From an uncultured Candidatus Rokubacteria bacterium (GTDB taxonomy: Bacteria > Methylomirabilota > Methylomirabilia > Rokubacteriales > CSP1-6): a DNA stretch of 64,000 nt. Location of the stretch: assembly GCA_963754315.1 (NCBI GenBank), contig CAVWFS010000014.1, positions 32,001 through 96,000 on the forward strand, read 5' to 3'. Position 1 is the first letter of the stretch. Every line of letters starts with the position of its first letter. Positions 41,080 through 51,443 of this stretch are shown one piece after another. Under the pieces are notes generated by a model that saw nothing but the letters and a program-made list of their open reading frames with translations, made no database searches and was not told where the DNA came from. The translations under genes and the position numbers were made by a program.

Positions 41080-41826
41080 ATGAGAAAGCCGAAGGCTCCG
41101 AAGCTCGAGGTCGTGACCGACGTCCCTGACCGGGCGATGGTGATCTTCGCCCATCCCGATGATGCCGAGCTCGGCTCCGGTGGCGTCGTGGCCAGATGGG
41201 TGGCTGCTGGCTGCGAGGTCACCTACGTTCTCTGCACCAACGGCGGTGCCGGCACCGCGGACCGGGCGCTGACCCCGGATCAGCTCACGGAGCGCCGGGA
41301 AACGGAGCAACGGGCCGCCGCCGACTTCATGGGGGTCAAGCACGTGGTCATGCTCGGCTATCCGGACGGTGGCCTCGAGGACACCCGCGAGTTCCGAGGG
41401 GACGTCGTGCGCGCCATCCGCCAGTACCGGCCCCATACGGTCTTCGTTCACGACCCCTATCGCATCAAGGGATTCCAGCATCGAGACCACCGCATGGCGG
41501 GTATGGCGACCACCGACGCGGTCTATCCGTTCGCCCGCGATCACCTACACTTCCCGGAGCAGATCACCCGCGACGGCCTCGAGCCGCACAAGGTGCGCGA
41601 GCTCTGGTACTGGGGCGCCGACGAGCCAGACGTCATCGTGGACGTCAGCGATTTTGTCGACAAGCAGGTGGCCGCGGTCGTCCGTCACGAGAGTCAGGTC
41701 GGCGGCCTGAACGTGCCGCCGGGAGAAACGCTCGAGCAGCGCATGAAGCAGCACGCCGCCGAGCTGGCCAAGGGCTATGGATTCAAGTACGCGGCGGTCT
41801 TCCGGCGGCTGATCGCCCGGCGGTGA
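41080..41826 (+). CDS. PIG-L/LmbE family deacetylase
   Basis: AHPDDAE, R..E, HRDH, HESQ. Confidence 0.9.
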   Translation: MRKPKAPKLEVVTDVPDRAMVIFAHPDDAELGSGGVVARWVAAGCEVTYVLCTNGGAGTADRALTPDQLTERRETEQRAAADFMGVKHVVMLGYPDGGLEDTREFRGDVVRAIRQYRPHTVFVHDPYRIKGFQHRDHRMAGMATTDAVYPFARDHLHFPEQITRDGLEPHKVRELWYWGADEPDVIVDVSDFVDKQVAAVVRHESQVGGLNVPPGETLEQRMKQHAAELAKGYGFKYAAVFRRLIARR

Positions 41827-41901
41827 GGGCGGTGCAGCTGAACAAAACCTGCGAATAGCCCGCACCATGCGCCACGGCGATCACGGGCCCTACAGATCGT
41901 C

Positions 41902-43167
41902 CTGACACGCCCGGCGTCTGGAGGTTCCGGCACGCCACCGGCGCCGGCGCGGCTGGGTGCCCTCCGGCATCGCGACTTCCGGCTTTTCTGGAGCGGGCAA
42001 CTGGTCTCGCTGATCGGAACATGGATGCAGAGCGTGGGCCAGGCCTGGCTCGTTCTCGAGCTCACGGACTCGGCGTTTCAGCTCGGACTCGTCACCGCCC
42101 TTCAGTTCGCGCCTATCCTGGTTCTGTCACCGGTGGGCGGCGCCATGAGCGACCGCTTCCCAAAGCGACGGATCATTCTTGCCACCCAGTCGACGATGAT
42201 GGTGCAGGCCTTTGTCCTGGCCATCCTCGTCGGAAGCGGCCACGTACGGTACTGGCATGTGGCCGTCCTGGCGGCAATCTACGGGGTGGGACGCGCCATC
42301 GACATCCCGGCTCGTCAGGCGTTCATCACGGATCTCGTGGGCAAGCCCGATCTTCCCAACGCGGTGGCCCTCAACTCGGTGGTCTTCAACGGCGCCCGCA
42401 TCGTAGGGCCGGCAGCGGCAGGACTGCTCATCGCCCGCTTCGGTGTGTCGGTCGCCTTCCTCCTCAACGGTCTCAGCTTCGTGGCCGTGCTGGCGGCGCT
42501 CGTGGCCATCCGCACGGCCGGCTACCCGGACCCGGGCGGTCGACTCGGAATCAGAGCGGGCCTCGCAGGGGCGGTCGCCTACGCGGCCGGGACGCCACCC
42601 GTGATGTTCACCCTCGGCCTGCTTTTGACGGTGAGCGTCCTTGTGCTCAACTTCAACGTGGTGGTACCGCTGGTGGCCCGCGAGGTCCTGAACCAGGGCG
42701 CACGGGGATTCGGGATTCTCATGTCCGCGCTGGGGGTGGGGGCCGTGATCGCGGGTATCGGCCTGACCTTGCTGCGGCAGGGCCGGCCACCGCTCTGGTT
42801 CCTCGCCGCTGCGGCGGCGATCCTGAGCCTTGGCACTGCCGCCCTCGCCCTGGTTGGCCACTTCGGGGCAACCGCCCTCTTGCTGGGGTTTCTCGGTTGC
42901 TGGCAGATCCTCTTCTCAACCGGGTGCAACACCACCCTGCAGCTCGTCACCCCCGATGCCCTGCGCGGACGGGTGATGGGCCTCTACGCGCTGGTATTTG
43001 CAGGGATGACCCCATTCGGGTCGCTCCTGATCGGCACCGTCGCCGAGCACCTTGGTATCCGCGTCGCGTGCGCTCTGGGCGGTCTCTCAGGCCTGGTCGC
43101 CGTGCTCGCCCTCGTGCTCACCTTTCACCGCACGGGGCTCAAGTGGGCGCGCGGGGGAGATTGGTAG
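41902..43167 (+). CDS. MFS transporter (MFS_3/DUF894-like); start uncertain
   Basis: ALRHRDFRLFWSGQLVSLIGTWMQ lies upstream of the first ATG (42025); PARQAF, NAVALNS, LRGRVMG. Confidence 0.8.
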   Translation: MTRPASGGSGTPPAPARLGALRHRDFRLFWSGQLVSLIGTWMQSVGQAWLVLELTDSAFQLGLVTALQFAPILVLSPVGGAMSDRFPKRRIILATQSTMMVQAFVLAILVGSGHVRYWHVAVLAAIYGVGRAIDIPARQAFITDLVGKPDLPNAVALNSVVFNGARIVGPAAAGLLIARFGVSVAFLLNGLSFVAVLAALVAIRTAGYPDPGGRLGIRAGLAGAVAYAAGTPPVMFTLGLLLTVSVLVLNFNVVVPLVAREVLNQGARGFGILMSALGVGAVIAGIGLTLLRQGRPPLWFLAAAAAILSLGTAALALVGHFGATALLLGFLGCWQILFSTGCNTTLQLVTPDALRGRVMGLYALVFAGMTPFGSLLIGTVAEHLGIRVACALGGLSGLVAVLALVLTFHRTGLKWARGGDW

Positions 43168-43239
43168 GATGGATCCTGTTCGAGTCGAGCGGCCTGTGAT
43201 AGCGTGCAGTGGGCGGACGAAACCCGGCGGAGACCCACC

Positions 43240-44481
43240 GTGCCAAGCATCAACGAGCACTACCTGAGCCTCAAGGCAAGCTATCTCTTCGCCGAGATCA
43301 AGCGGCGGACAGCGGCCTTCACCCAGGCCCATCCCGGCACCCGCGTGATCTCGCTGGGCATCGGCGACGTGACGCAACCACTTCCCACGGCCGTGGTTCG
43401 TGCCCTGGACGAGGCCACCCGTGAGATGGCGCGGGCGGAGACGTTCAAAGGCTACGGGCCCTACGAGGGCTATGACTTCCTGCGCGCCGAGATCGCCACC
43501 CACGATTTCGGAGCACGCGGCGTCCCGATCAGCATCGATGAGATCTTCGTGAGCGACGGGGGCAAGAGCGACAGTGCCAACTTACAGGAGATCTTCGCCG
43601 CCGATTGCGTGGTGGCTCTCATGGATCCGGTCTATCCGGTGTACGCCGACAGCAACGTGATCGCGGGACGATCGGGGCCTGCCGACGAGAGCGGTCGCTA
43701 CCCGGGTTTCGTCTATCTCCCCTGCACGGCCGACAATGGTTTTCAGCCGGCCTTGCCTGAGCGACGAGTCGACCTGATCTATCTCTGCTATCCAAACAAC
43801 CCAACGGGCGCGGTGATGACCCGCGACGTGCTCCAGCGCTGGGTCGACTATGCGCGCGCCCACGATGCCATCATTCTGTACGACGCAGCCTACGAGGCCT
43901 ACATCCGTGACGCTGACATCCCTCACTCAATCTACGAGATCGAGGGGGCACGCGACGTCGCCATCGAGTGTCGCAGCTTCTCGAAGAATGCGGGATTCAC
44001 CGGCATGCGGCTCGCCTATACCGTGGTCCCCCGGCAGGCGCGAGGACGCACGGCGAGGGGGGAAACCGTGAGCCTGAACACTCTCTGGCTTCGCCGCACA
44101 TCGACCAAGTCCAACGGCCCGCCCTACATCATCCAGAGGGCGGCCGCCGCTATCTACACGCCGGAGGGACAGAAGCAGGTACGCAATCTCATCGAGTACT
44201 ACATGGTCAACGCGGCGGTCATCCGGGACGGCTTGACGAAGATCGGGCTCACGGTCTACGGGGGGCGCAACGCTCCGTATCTTTGGGTGCGGACGCCGGC
44301 GGGGCTGTCCTCATGGGATTTCTTCGACAAGCTGCTGGCCGAGGCGCACGTGGTAGGCATGCCGGGCTCGGGGTTCGGACCGAGCGGCGAGGGCTACTTC
44401 CGGCTGACCGCCTTCGGCTCTCGGGCCCAGACAGAGGAGGCGGTGGCGCGGATCGCGACGCGCCTGGGAGGGCTGGCCTGA
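43240..44481 (+). CDS. dapL: LL-diaminopimelate aminotransferase
   Basis: [66 protein letters not shown]. Confidence 0.92.
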   Translation: MPSINEHYLSLKASYLFAEIKRRTAAFTQAHPGTRVISLGIGDVTQPLPTAVVRALDEATREMARAETFKGYGPYEGYDFLRAEIATHDFGARGVPISIDEIFVSDGGKSDSANLQEIFAADCVVALMDPVYPVYADSNVIAGRSGPADESGRYPGFVYLPCTADNGFQPALPERRVDLIYLCYPNNPTGAVMTRDVLQRWVDYARAHDAIILYDAAYEAYIRDADIPHSIYEIEGARDVAIECRSFSKNAGFTGMRLAYTVVPRQARGRTARGETVSLNTLWLRRTSTKSNGPPYIIQRAAAAIYTPEGQKQVRNLIEYYMVNAAVIRDGLTKIGLTVYGGRNAPYLWVRTPAGLSSWDFFDKLLAEAHVVGMPGSGFGPSGEGYFRLTAFGSRAQTEEAVARIATRLGGLA

Positions 44482-45769
44482 TGCGACGGTTGCTCTTTCT
44501 CGAGCCAGGGCACTTTCACGCCGCGTTGACCCTGCGGGTGCCGCATCCGAGTCTGGCCGACGAGATCGTCGTCTACGCGTCCGAAGGTCCGGAGCTCACC
44601 GATTTTCTGGCCCTTGTGGCACGGTTCAATCGACGGACCGAAGCTCCCACGCGGTGGCGGCCCGTGGTGGTCACCTCCGGTGACTCCCTGCCACGCCTGG
44701 TGGATGAGCGACGCGGAGACGTCGTGGTGCTTGCCGGTAAGAACGGGGGTAAAGCACGCACCATCCGACGGCTGCACGAGTCCGGCTTTCACGTGCTGGC
44801 CGACAAGCCTTGGCTGGTCGAGCACGAGGATCTGTCGCCGATCCAGGCGAGCCTTGCGACGTGGCCCCTCGTCACCGAGATCATGACCGGCCGTCACGAT
44901 ATCGCGACCCGATTGCTGCAACGCCTGGTCGACACTCCAGACGTGTTTGGCGGTTTCCGGGCCGAGAGCCCCGCCCTCGAGCTCGAGAGCATTCATCACT
45001 TGGAGAAACTGGTCGATGGGGTCCCGCTTCGGCGGCCGTGGTGGTTCTTCGACGTCCGAGTGCAAGGGAGCGGGGCGGTCGACATTCCGACTCACCAGGT
45101 GGATTTGACTCAGTGTCTGGTGGACGGCTCCGGGACCGCCCCGCGCTCCGACTCGCGACTTCTCTCGGCGCGGGCATGGCCAACACCGGTTCCGGCCGAG
45201 GCGTTCAAGCGGATCACCGGGAAGCCAGCGTTCCCGCGCGATCTCGAGCAGTGGGTGGACGGTGACACGCTCAGCTATCTCTGCAATGCCGAGCTCGGCT
45301 ACCAGGTCGGCGGAGTGATCGCGCGATCGTCCGCGCGCTGGGATCTGGCCGCACCGTCAGGGGGAGGAGATAGCTCCCGCGTGGTGGCCCACGGAACCCT
45401 CGCCGACATCTGCCTCGAGCAGGGAGCCCACACGGGACACCGGCGGCGGCTCTCCATCGAGCCCAGATCCGATCCTGACGGGGTGGCAACAGCTCTGCGC
45501 GAAACCGTGACCAGCTGGCAGGCGGAGTTCCCCGGTGTCCGCGTGGAGCCCGGCGGTGGACACCGGCAACTGCTCGCGATCCCCGCCCCCTGGATACCGG
45601 ACACGAGAGCCACTTCGCCCAGGTACTCGACGAGTTCCTGCGCGCCATCGACGAGCACCGATGGCCGGCCGAGCGCGCTAGACGCACTCTGGACAAGTAC
45701 GCTCTCCTTGCCCGGGCCGCCGCTCAGGTGTCGCTACCGGCGGCGTGTCCTTGCACGCCCTGTGACTGA
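44481..45769 (+). pseudogene. Putative oxidoreductase (Gfo/Idh/MocA-related) with -1 frameshift at ~45590
   Basis: PGHFHAAL, LADKPW, IMTGR, VDIPTH; conserved-looking GHESHFAQVLDEFL...TLDKY tail is in another frame after a C run. Confidence 0.7.
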
Positions 45770-45817
45770 CGGGTACCCTCCCCCTATGTCCGAGCCAAAC
45801 AGGCCAAGGAGCCACCC

Positions 45818-46897
45818 ATGAAAGCCGCCGTGTTCCACGGACCCCATCAGCCGCTCACCATCGAGGAAGTGGACATCGCGAAGCCGATCGGACGGGAGGT
45901 CAGTGTGCGCACCGTCGCGAGCGGCGTGTGTCACAGCGACCTTCATTTCGTCGACGGCTTCTATCCGTTCCCGACGCCCGCCATCCTCGGCCACGAAGCG
46001 GCGGGGATCGTCGAAGCGGTGGGACCGCAGGTGACGGAGTTCAAGCCGGGCGACCACGTGATCGCGTGCCTGTCCATTTTCTGCGGACACTGCGCATACT
46101 GCCTCACCGGGCGGACACATCTCTGCCAGTCACGCCCCGTCCGCTCGCCGCAGGAGCCACCCAAGCTCAGCTGGAAGGGCGCCCCGGTGAACCAGTTCGC
46201 GAATCTCTCAAGCTACGCCGAGCAGATGCTCGTCCATGAAAACGGGCTCGTTGGAGTGCGCCATGATGTGCCGCTCGACCGGGCAGCGCTGATCGGATGC
46301 GGGGTGACCACCGGAGTAGGCGCGGTTCTCAACACCGCCCGCGTCGAGGCGGGAGCGACGGTGGCGGTGTATGGGGCGGGCGGAGTCGGGCTGGCCGCCA
46401 TCCAGGGGGCGCGCATTGCCGGAGCCCGCATGATCATCGCGGTGGATGTCTTCGAGCATAAGCTTGCCCAGGCCCGTGACCTTGGAGCCACTCACACCGT
46501 CGATGCCTCCAGCACCGACCCGGTCGCCAAGATCCGCGAGCTGACCGGGGGCGGCGTCGAGTACGCGTTCGAGGCCATCGGCCTCAAGAAGGCCGCCGAG
46601 CAAGCGTTCGACTGCCTGCGGCCCGGCGGGACGGCCACCGTGATCGGCATGATCCCGGTCGGTCAGAAGATCGAGCTGGAGGGCAGCGTGTTCCTCCGCG
46701 AGAAGCGCATTCAGGGCTGCAGCATGGGCTCCAACCGCTTCAAGGTCGACATGCCGAAGTACGTCGACTTCTACCTGCAGGGGCGACTGCGCCTCGACGA
46801 GATGATCACGCGGCGGGGACGGCTAGAGGACGTGAACGAGGCGTTCCGCGCCATGAAGGCCGGCGAGGTCGCCCGCACCGTCCTGATGTTCGAGTAA
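45818..46897 (+). CDS. Zn-dependent alcohol dehydrogenase (class III-like)
   Basis: GVCHSD, GHE, CGHCAYC, GCGVTTG, GAGGVG; AGGAG RBS. Confidence 0.93.
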   Translation: MKAAVFHGPHQPLTIEEVDIAKPIGREVSVRTVASGVCHSDLHFVDGFYPFPTPAILGHEAAGIVEAVGPQVTEFKPGDHVIACLSIFCGHCAYCLTGRTHLCQSRPVRSPQEPPKLSWKGAPVNQFANLSSYAEQMLVHENGLVGVRHDVPLDRAALIGCGVTTGVGAVLNTARVEAGATVAVYGAGGVGLAAIQGARIAGARMIIAVDVFEHKLAQARDLGATHTVDASSTDPVAKIRELTGGGVEYAFEAIGLKKAAEQAFDCLRPGGTATVIGMIPVGQKIELEGSVFLREKRIQGCSMGSNRFKVDMPKYVDFYLQGRLRLDEMITRRGRLEDVNEAFRAMKAGEVARTVLMFE

Positions 46898-47006
46898 ACG
46901 GCGACGTGGTGGGACCCGCGGCTCACGGAGCATCACAAGGCGGCGGGCCCACCGTATCTCAAGGTAGACATTGACGGGTGGGTCCAGGCCTGATCGAATG
47001 GCACGA

Positions 47007-47315
47007 ATGGGTGTGTACGACCAGATCAAGTCGGCGTTCCAGGACATCATCGCGCCCGAACTGCACGCGCTGCGCGGGGAGATTCGGCTTGTCGACCAAA
47101 AGCTCGTCGGCCTGGATCAGAAGATCGACGGCGTGGACACTCGCCTGAACATCAAGCTCGATGGCGTCCGCAGCGAGATGGGCTCCATGAAGTCAGAGCT
47201 TCTCGCCGAGATCCGGCGGCTCGATGCCAGGATCGATGCCGTCGACCGCGAGCTGCGGACGGCCATCGACATCCGCGAGCGCCTGGCCGCGCTCGAAGGT
47301 CGCCGTTCCTCCTGA
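47007..47315 (+). CDS. Small coiled-coil hypothetical protein
   Basis: Heptad pattern VDQKL/LDQKI/VDTRL/LDARI, ending ERLAALE. Confidence 0.65.
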   Translation: MGVYDQIKSAFQDIIAPELHALRGEIRLVDQKLVGLDQKIDGVDTRLNIKLDGVRSEMGSMKSELLAEIRRLDARIDAVDRELRTAIDIRERLAALEGRRSS

Positions 47316-47331
47316 CCTGTTCGACAGGTCG

Positions 47332-48552
47332 CTAGCCGAGGGGTCCCTGGAAAACCTGATCCACGTACGTGTCAGAGAGCGGCTCTAGCTCGGCAGGCCA
47401 TGGCACCGTGACCGCGCGCCGCTGGCTAGCCGGCCGCACCCGGCCGTCCCACCCCACCTGCTCCATGTAGTAGTAGAGCTGGATGCAGTGCCCGTCCGGA
47501 TCCAGGGCGAACGCCGCGTAGTCGATGCCGGGGTGTAGCTCTGGCGGAATCGAGTCGACGAAGGTGACGCCGTGCGATCGGAGGAAGGCCACCGCGTGGC
47601 GAAGCTGGGTGTAGCTGCCCACTTCGATACCGAACGCCATGCAGGTGCTGCTCTCGGTGAGACCCAGGACGGATCGCAGCTCCTTCGGGAACAGGGCCAC
47701 GCTGTGATGCTCGGCCCCGCACCGGAGAAACACGCAGCGCGCGCCGCGATAGACGGCTTCCTCGCTCCTGACGAACCCGAGGTGCTCGACGTAGAAGGCT
47801 TCGGCGCGTCTCACGTCTTCCACGAAGAGGCTCACCGGTCCGATCTTGGTGATCTTGAACGGACGCGGCAGCAGCACCCCTTCCACGTCGTACGTCTCGG
47901 GCTGCCCTTCGGTCGTCCGATGGCCAGAGATGATATCGATGCCCTTGTCGAGCGCCTCGGCCACCTCGGCAATTTCGGACATCTGGGGCAGGGCTGGTTT
48001 CTCGCGAAAGCCACGGTAGTACATGGCCGTGGGCTTGCTCATCTGGTTCCAGCCGATCTGTTCGATGCCGTAGTAGAGCTCGTTGGTGTGGCCGTCTGGG
48101 TCATAGACGTACACGTGCCAGTTGCTGCCCGGCATGTCGCGGCCCACGCGTTGGATGGGAACACCTCGGCCCTGGAAATAGGTGTGGGCGTCCATGATCT
48201 CCCTGAGGCTCCCACACTGCCATGTGATCTGATTGATGGTGATCTCAGGCGCAAATTTCCGGTCGGGGCGATGCTCGAGTACTCTCCGGTTGAAGAGCAC
48301 GAAGGCGTGATGATCCGTACCGTAGCGCATGAAGTACCCGCGCGTGTCTCCGAGATCGACTCCCCGCGGCGCCCAGGGCATCGCGCCGAAATCGAGCACG
48401 TCGGAGGGCTTGAAGCCGAGGAGGGCCGTGTAGAACTCCCTGCTCTCCGTCATCTTGATTGCGTTGAACCCGAAATGGCCGAGCCGGCGGACCTTGAAGG
48501 GCCGCGGCAGGAGCACACCGCCGACGTTGTAGTGGTTGCCGTTCGACGCCAT
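47332..48552 (-). CDS. VOC family protein (extradiol dioxygenase-like, duplicated domains)
   Basis: RRLGHFG, TDHH, DPDGH twice; internal repeat Y.VxGVLLPRPFK. Confidence 0.8.
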   Translation of the reverse strand: MASNGNHYNVGGVLLPRPFKVRRLGHFGFNAIKMTESREFYTALLGFKPSDVLDFGAMPWAPRGVDLGDTRGYFMRYGTDHHAFVLFNRRVLEHRPDRKFAPEITINQITWQCGSLREIMDAHTYFQGRGVPIQRVGRDMPGSNWHVYVYDPDGHTNELYYGIEQIGWNQMSKPTAMYYRGFREKPALPQMSEIAEVAEALDKGIDIISGHRTTEGQPETYDVEGVLLPRPFKITKIGPVSLFVEDVRRAEAFYVEHLGFVRSEEAVYRGARCVFLRCGAEHHSVALFPKELRSVLGLTESSTCMAFGIEVGSYTQLRHAVAFLRSHGVTFVDSIPPELHPGIDYAAFALDPDGHCIQLYYYMEQVGWDGRVRPASQRRAVTVPWPAELEPLSDTYVDQVFQGPLG

Positions 48553-48752
48553 GGCTCGCACCTCCCCGATCATGAGGGCCTGAGGGTTAAGAGTACCTCC
48601 GCCACCAGCATAGACGGATCCGGGGCACGACTGGTAGTGACGGTTGACCGGAAGAAGTCTCCGCGCTAGGCTCCACCCTCGAGGGGGGCCGGCGACCGTG
48701 CCTGTGCCCTCGTCTTCCCGCGGTCCAACACGGTCTCAGCAGGAGGTGCGGC

Positions 48753-49580
48753 ATGAGCATCGTCGCCATTTCCGAGACGACCGGAAGTCTTGGGAACGAG
48801 ATCGGTCGCAGGGTTTCCGAGCGCCTGGGCTATCGATTTGCCGACCGCGAGATCATCGCCAAAGCGGCCGAGCAGTTCGGGGCGGAGTTGAGCGACCTCC
48901 GGCACGGCACCGAAGAGAAACCGTCATTCTGGGAGCGGCTGACCGACAGCCAGCACCGGTACCGGGCCTACGTGGACTCCATCATCCTCGAGATGGCCAG
49001 CGGTGATGACGTCGTGCTGACCGGGATGGCGGCGGCCATCGTCCTGCGCCACGCGCCCCACGCTCTCCGCGTGCGCACCAATGCGCCAGAGCGCGTGCGC
49101 GCTAATCGCCTGGAGCAGCAACAGGGGCTCACTCGGGAGGCCGCCCTCGACCTCGTCCGCCACACCGACCACGAGCGCGCCACCCGCGTGAAGTTCCTGT
49201 ATCGCGTGAACGTCGACGATCAGCTGCTCTATGATCTCGTCCTCAATACCGAACGGCTCACCGCCGACGAGGGGGCCCGGCTGATCCAGGAGATGCTGCG
49301 GGAACAACGCTTCCGGACGACGCCGGTCGCCCGCGATCAGCTCATCGACCTGAGCATCGAGACTCGAGCCAAGGCTTCCTTCATGGCGAGCCCTGTTATC
49401 GACCCCGAGCGGGTGGCGGTGTCCGCCCGCGGCGGGTGCGCCTCCATCAGCGGGAGCGTTGACACGGACGAGGAGTACCGCCTGGTGCACGAGACGGTGG
49501 CCAAGATTCCCGGCGTAACCCGGATCGTCAACGAGGTCGAAGTCACGCCGCCCATCAAGCGCACACCCGCAGCGTATTGA
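48753..49580 (+). CDS. Cytidylate kinase-like family protein with C-terminal BON domain
   Basis: AISETTGSLG, YDLVLNT; tail VAVSARGG..SISGSV...PGVTRIVNEVEV; AGGAGG RBS. Confidence 0.8.
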   Translation: MSIVAISETTGSLGNEIGRRVSERLGYRFADREIIAKAAEQFGAELSDLRHGTEEKPSFWERLTDSQHRYRAYVDSIILEMASGDDVVLTGMAAAIVLRHAPHALRVRTNAPERVRANRLEQQQGLTREAALDLVRHTDHERATRVKFLYRVNVDDQLLYDLVLNTERLTADEGARLIQEMLREQRFRTTPVARDQLIDLSIETRAKASFMASPVIDPERVAVSARGGCASISGSVDTDEEYRLVHETVAKIPGVTRIVNEVEVTPPIKRTPAAY

Positions 49581-49770
49581 TATGTTGGGGGGCCTCGAAA
49601 GGGCCCCCCAAGCCCCCCGAATGTTCGGGGCGCCCCGGGGCACCCGTCGCGCCCCTCTGTCTCACGCGCGCTCTCGGGGCCTCGAAAGGGCCCCCCAGCC
49701 CCCCGAATGTTCGGGCGCCCGGGGCACCCGTCGCGCCCCTCTGTTCACCGCTCTGGGCCTCGAAGGCCCC
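49581..49770 (+). repeat. Tandem multi-hairpin REP/BIME-like repeat (87-bp period, ~2.2 units)
   Basis: Units begin GGGGCCTCGAAAGGGCCCC at 49589 and 49676, with a degenerate core at 49755; between convergent genes. Confidence 0.9.
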
Positions 49771-49780
49771 GGCGTGGGAA

Positions 49781-51292
49781 CTACGACGGGCGGCGGCGGA
49801 GGGCGCGGCCGGGGCGGGCGCCGGTGTGGACACCATCCTGGGCTACCGCCACGCCGTTGACGTACACGGCACGGATCCCGGCCGGGAAGCGGCGAGGATC
49901 GTCGTAGGTAGCCACGTCCGCGATCCGCGTGGGGTCGAAGATCACGAGGTCGGCGAAGGCGCCGACGCGCACGGCACCACGATCGGCAAGCTGGAACTTC
50001 GTGGCAGGCATCGCCGTCATCCGGTGGATGGCGGTGGCCAGGTCGAGCACGTTGTGCTCGCGCACGTAGTGGCCGAGCACACGCGGAAAGCACCCGTACA
50101 GGCGGGGATGAGGCTTACCACCCGCCGGCACTCCGTCCGAGCCGATCATGGTGGACGGATGGGCCAGGACCAGCCGCACGTCCTCCTCGGCCATGGTGAA
50201 GGTGACGACGAAGCATGCCTCGCCTTCCTCTCGCACGACCCGCTCGGCAGCGTCCGCTGCATCCATGGTCCAGCCGGCAGCCAGGGCGGCCAAGGTCTGG
50301 CCCTCCCACGCAGGATGCTTCGGCGCCGACGCGATCAGGACGTCGGCGGCGCTCAGCTGACCGAGCCCGCCTGGGCTATCGCGGCGAAAGGCGCCGTTCT
50401 GTATCACGGCGGCCAAGGAGGTGCTGCCGGCCGTGTACGGATATTGATCTGCGGTGACGTCGACACCGCGTGCCCGCGCCTCGTCGATGAGTCGCAAGGA
50501 GTCCCGCACCTTACCCCAGTTGCTGCGACCGCTGGCTTTATGATGGGAGATCTGTACAGCGACACCCGCCTCCTCTCCGATCCTGATCGCTTCGTGCACG
50601 GCGTCCAGTAGCCCACCGGCCTCGTTGCGCATGTGCGTCGCATAAAGACCACCCGTGGGCCCGCCCAGAACGCGTGCAAGGGCGACGATCTCGTCCGTCT
50701 GCGCGTACCGGCCCGGCTCATAGATCAACCCGGTCGATAGACCGACCGCGCCTGCCGCAACACCCTCCGCCACCCAGCTCCGCATCTGATCGAGCTCGGC
50801 CGCGCTGGGCGGACGCTGGGCATTCTCCATGACGCCCGTACGTAAGGTGCCGTGCCCCATCAACAGGGCCACGTTCAGGCTGGGCCGGGCTTGCTCGACA
50901 CGTTCCAAGTATCCGCCGAAGCCCTCCCACGGCTGCGGAGCGGCATCGGGATGAAAGCGGCGGAAGCGGCGAAGGCCGGCTGCGAAAGGGGCGATCCCCG
51001 AGCCGCAGTTACCCACGACGTCGGTGGTGACCCCCTGCATGACCTTACACGACATCTCGGGATCGAGGAGCACCGCGAAGTCGTCGTGGCTGTGCACATC
51101 GATGAACCCCGGGGCGACGGCCAACCCCATCGCTGAGACCTCGGTGAGGCCGCGTTCACCGATCGTGCCCACAGCAGCAATACGATCACCTCGGAGGGCG
51201 ACGTCGCCTCGCACGCCAGGGGAACCGCTACCGTCATACACGGTTCCTCCGCGAATCACGACGTCGTAGCCCTGACTGGTAGCCATCCTCAT
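49781..51292 (-). CDS. N-acyl-D-amino-acid deacylase (D-aminoacylase)
   Basis: APGFIDVHSHDD, GNCG, STGLIY.PG, HMRNE, SHHK, DQYPY, GSDG, HPR.YG. Confidence 0.92.
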   Translation of the reverse strand: MRMATSQGYDVVIRGGTVYDGSGSPGVRGDVALRGDRIAAVGTIGERGLTEVSAMGLAVAPGFIDVHSHDDFAVLLDPEMSCKVMQGVTTDVVGNCGSGIAPFAAGLRRFRRFHPDAAPQPWEGFGGYLERVEQARPSLNVALLMGHGTLRTGVMENAQRPPSAAELDQMRSWVAEGVAAGAVGLSTGLIYEPGRYAQTDEIVALARVLGGPTGGLYATHMRNEAGGLLDAVHEAIRIGEEAGVAVQISHHKASGRSNWGKVRDSLRLIDEARARGVDVTADQYPYTAGSTSLAAVIQNGAFRRDSPGGLGQLSAADVLIASAPKHPAWEGQTLAALAAGWTMDAADAAERVVREEGEACFVVTFTMAEEDVRLVLAHPSTMIGSDGVPAGGKPHPRLYGCFPRVLGHYVREHNVLDLATAIHRMTAMPATKFQLADRGAVRVGAFADLVIFDPTRIADVATYDDPRRFPAGIRAVYVNGVAVAQDGVHTGARPGRALRRRPS

Positions 51293-51443
51293 TGGACCTC
51301 CACGTATCGTCTGCCATCGATCCGTCACCGGCGCCCGCGAGGGGTCGCGCAGCGTCCTGACTTCAACCGGAGGGATCAGTGTATAGTCGCCAGCGCGGGG
51401 TGTCGTCGATCCTCTGGGTCGCTCGAACAGACAGGAGAAGCCC

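Noticed and set aside
35783..45769. Programmed ribosomal frameshifting in the three split genes
   Set aside because: No slippery X XXY YYZ sites or obvious stimulators; these families are not known for recoding; isolated indels are better explained by error or pseudogenisation
49581..49770. Tandem palindromic repeats (also 6821-6964) as a CRISPR array
   Set aside because: The sequence between cores is itself repeated rather than unique spacers, there are only 2-3 units, and no cas genes are present
49577..50611. 344-aa + strand ORF and other ORFs with GASKGPP / MGGHVGAP peptides
   Set aside because: Translations of the repeat plus antisense of the D-aminoacylase; shadow ORFs
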